Assembly: GCA_963725865.1 (NCBI GenBank)
Contig: CAVSAC010000014.1
Span: 256,001 to 320,000 of the forward strand
Direction of reading: 5' to 3'
Length of the DNA: 64,000 nucleotides
From: Candidatus Eiseniibacteriota bacterium
GTDB taxonomy: Bacteria; Eisenbacteria; RBG-16-71-46
Shown: positions 63,089-64,000 of the stretch, in pieces
How the letters are laid out: every line of letters starts with the position of its first letter
Position numbering within the stretch: position 1 is the stretch's first letter
Made by a program: the position numbers and the translations under genes
Notes under the pieces: generated by a model
Told to the model about the DNA's origin: nothing
The model's input: the letters and a program-made list of their open reading frames with translations, nothing else
The model's database searches: none

Positions 63089-63421
63089 TGTTGCACCTCC
63101 ATAGATGGTCACCCGGTTGCTGAAAGAGAAGGCAAGGCTCAGCTGCAAGCAATCAGGTCTGGCTTCGAGCCACCTCCTTTCAATCCTTCTTCTTTCAAAA
63201 AAGACCAGTCGCTCGAGGCGAAGATATCTGGCGCGTTAGCAAGACCTTCGGAGACGGAAAGAAGTCTAGTTTTCACGTCACCGGCATGTCAAGACAGTTT
63301 TTCGCGTCAATCTCCGCGTTACCTTCCGGTTAGCGATCGGCGCGGGTTTTCGGGGACGCTCCCCCGTCCTGCGACGTCGAGCCTCGGTCCCGGGGCCTGG
63401 GCCCCGGCTAGCCGTCCACGG

Positions 63422-63498
63422 TGGTGGGCGAAACAGGGTTCGAACCTGTGACCCCTTGCTTGTAAGGCAAGTGCTCTGACCAGCTGAGCTATTCGCCC
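63422..63498 (-). tRNA. tRNA-Val (anticodon TAC)
   Basis: GGGCGAATAGCTCAGCTGGTCAGAGCA-CTTGC-CTTACAA-GCAAG-GGGTC-ACAGG-TTCGAAC-CCTGT-TTCGCCC-ACCA: full cloverleaf with encoded CCA. Confidence 0.97.
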
Positions 63499-63743
63499 GT
63501 GGGTCGGGGCTTCCCGCGGACCAGGAGCGAGGCCGGGACCAGCACCACGTACCCGAGCACCAAGAGGACGGGGGCCATCGTGATATCCCCCTTGGAAAGC
63601 ATCAGATATCCACCGACCAGGACCGCGATCCCGATTCCGAGCAGGAGGCTGTTGGCCGTCCCCCAGCGGAACCCCGGATCGGTCTCGACCGGAATCTTCC
63701 TGACGTTCCTGGACCTCGTGGCGGTGGGCTTCGAAGTGCTCAT
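63489..63743 (-). CDS. Small two-TM membrane protein (DUF3098-like)
   Basis: RBS AGGAG; basic N-terminus, NSLLLGIGIAVLVGGYLMLS, ITMAPVLLVLGYVVLVP. Confidence 0.7.
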   Translation of the reverse strand: MSTSKPTATRSRNVRKIPVETDPGFRWGTANSLLLGIGIAVLVGGYLMLSKGDITMAPVLLVLGYVVLVPASLLVRGKPRPTGE

Positions 63744-63981
63744 CTTGCTGCTCCTGACTCCCCGCAGGGAAATGCCGACGGTTCCGGGCTGGCGAGCCAG
63801 TCCGAGACCGTCGGCTTTCCGGGGCCAGAGGCCCGGGGCACGCACGATCTCAGCGAGGATCGCCTTGGGTGCCGCCGCCTCCGTAGGGCGTGTGTCTTCT
63901 ACCCCAACGGCGGGAGGCGGGGTTCCCGCTTTTCTCAGGCGGCCGGGTTGCCTCCCCGGATGCGTCCCAGGACGGCATTGA

Positions 63982-64000
63982 GGCTTCCGGACCGGAAGCC
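63982..64000. terminator. Inverted repeat at window end
   Basis: ggcttccgg-a-ccggaagcc; context truncated. Confidence 0.35.

Noticed and set aside
57229..63498. Genomic island or prophage integrated at tRNA-Val
   Set aside because: No integrase, transposase or phage genes are present, and no att duplication was noticed.

Overview
Very GC-rich bacterial DNA, densely coding. The gene content (PorV, C25/PorU-like peptidase, FlgD/T9SS-type tails, WGxxKxxYR-tailed proteins) suggests an FCB-group lineage such as Ca. Eisenbacteria; this is an inference. From left to right: (1) an ECF sigma / zinc-finger anti-sigma / TPR(-CHAT?) triplet and a GT4; (2) a lipoate/Fe-S/NAD operon (thioesterase, E2, lipB, A-type Fe-S carrier, DUF2203-like, nadA, lipA); (3) a ~14.7 kb same-strand run: rpiB, adenosine deaminase, secreted paralogue, TonB-dependent receptor, PorV, two lipoproteins, second paralogue, and a secreted OB-fold-like protein; (4) nucleoside salvage genes (udk, tdk, BMP/ABC transporter, PNP, alkaline phosphatase) mixed with housekeeping and GT-C genes; (5) a C25 peptidase flanked by three PPIase/chaperone genes; (6) a tandem array of Cys-rich secreted paralogues ending in (S/T)WGxxKxxYR, headed by a dockerin-like protein and lying downstream of tRNA-Val(TAC). 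From ~48.7 kb onward most genes carry indels, probably assembly errors. The best candidate novel systems are a PUL-like nucleic-acid utilisation locus, whose RpiB has a microcompartment-type encapsulation peptide, and a short C-terminal sorting-tag family next to a PorU-like sortase. All calls come from reading motifs; no database searches were run.
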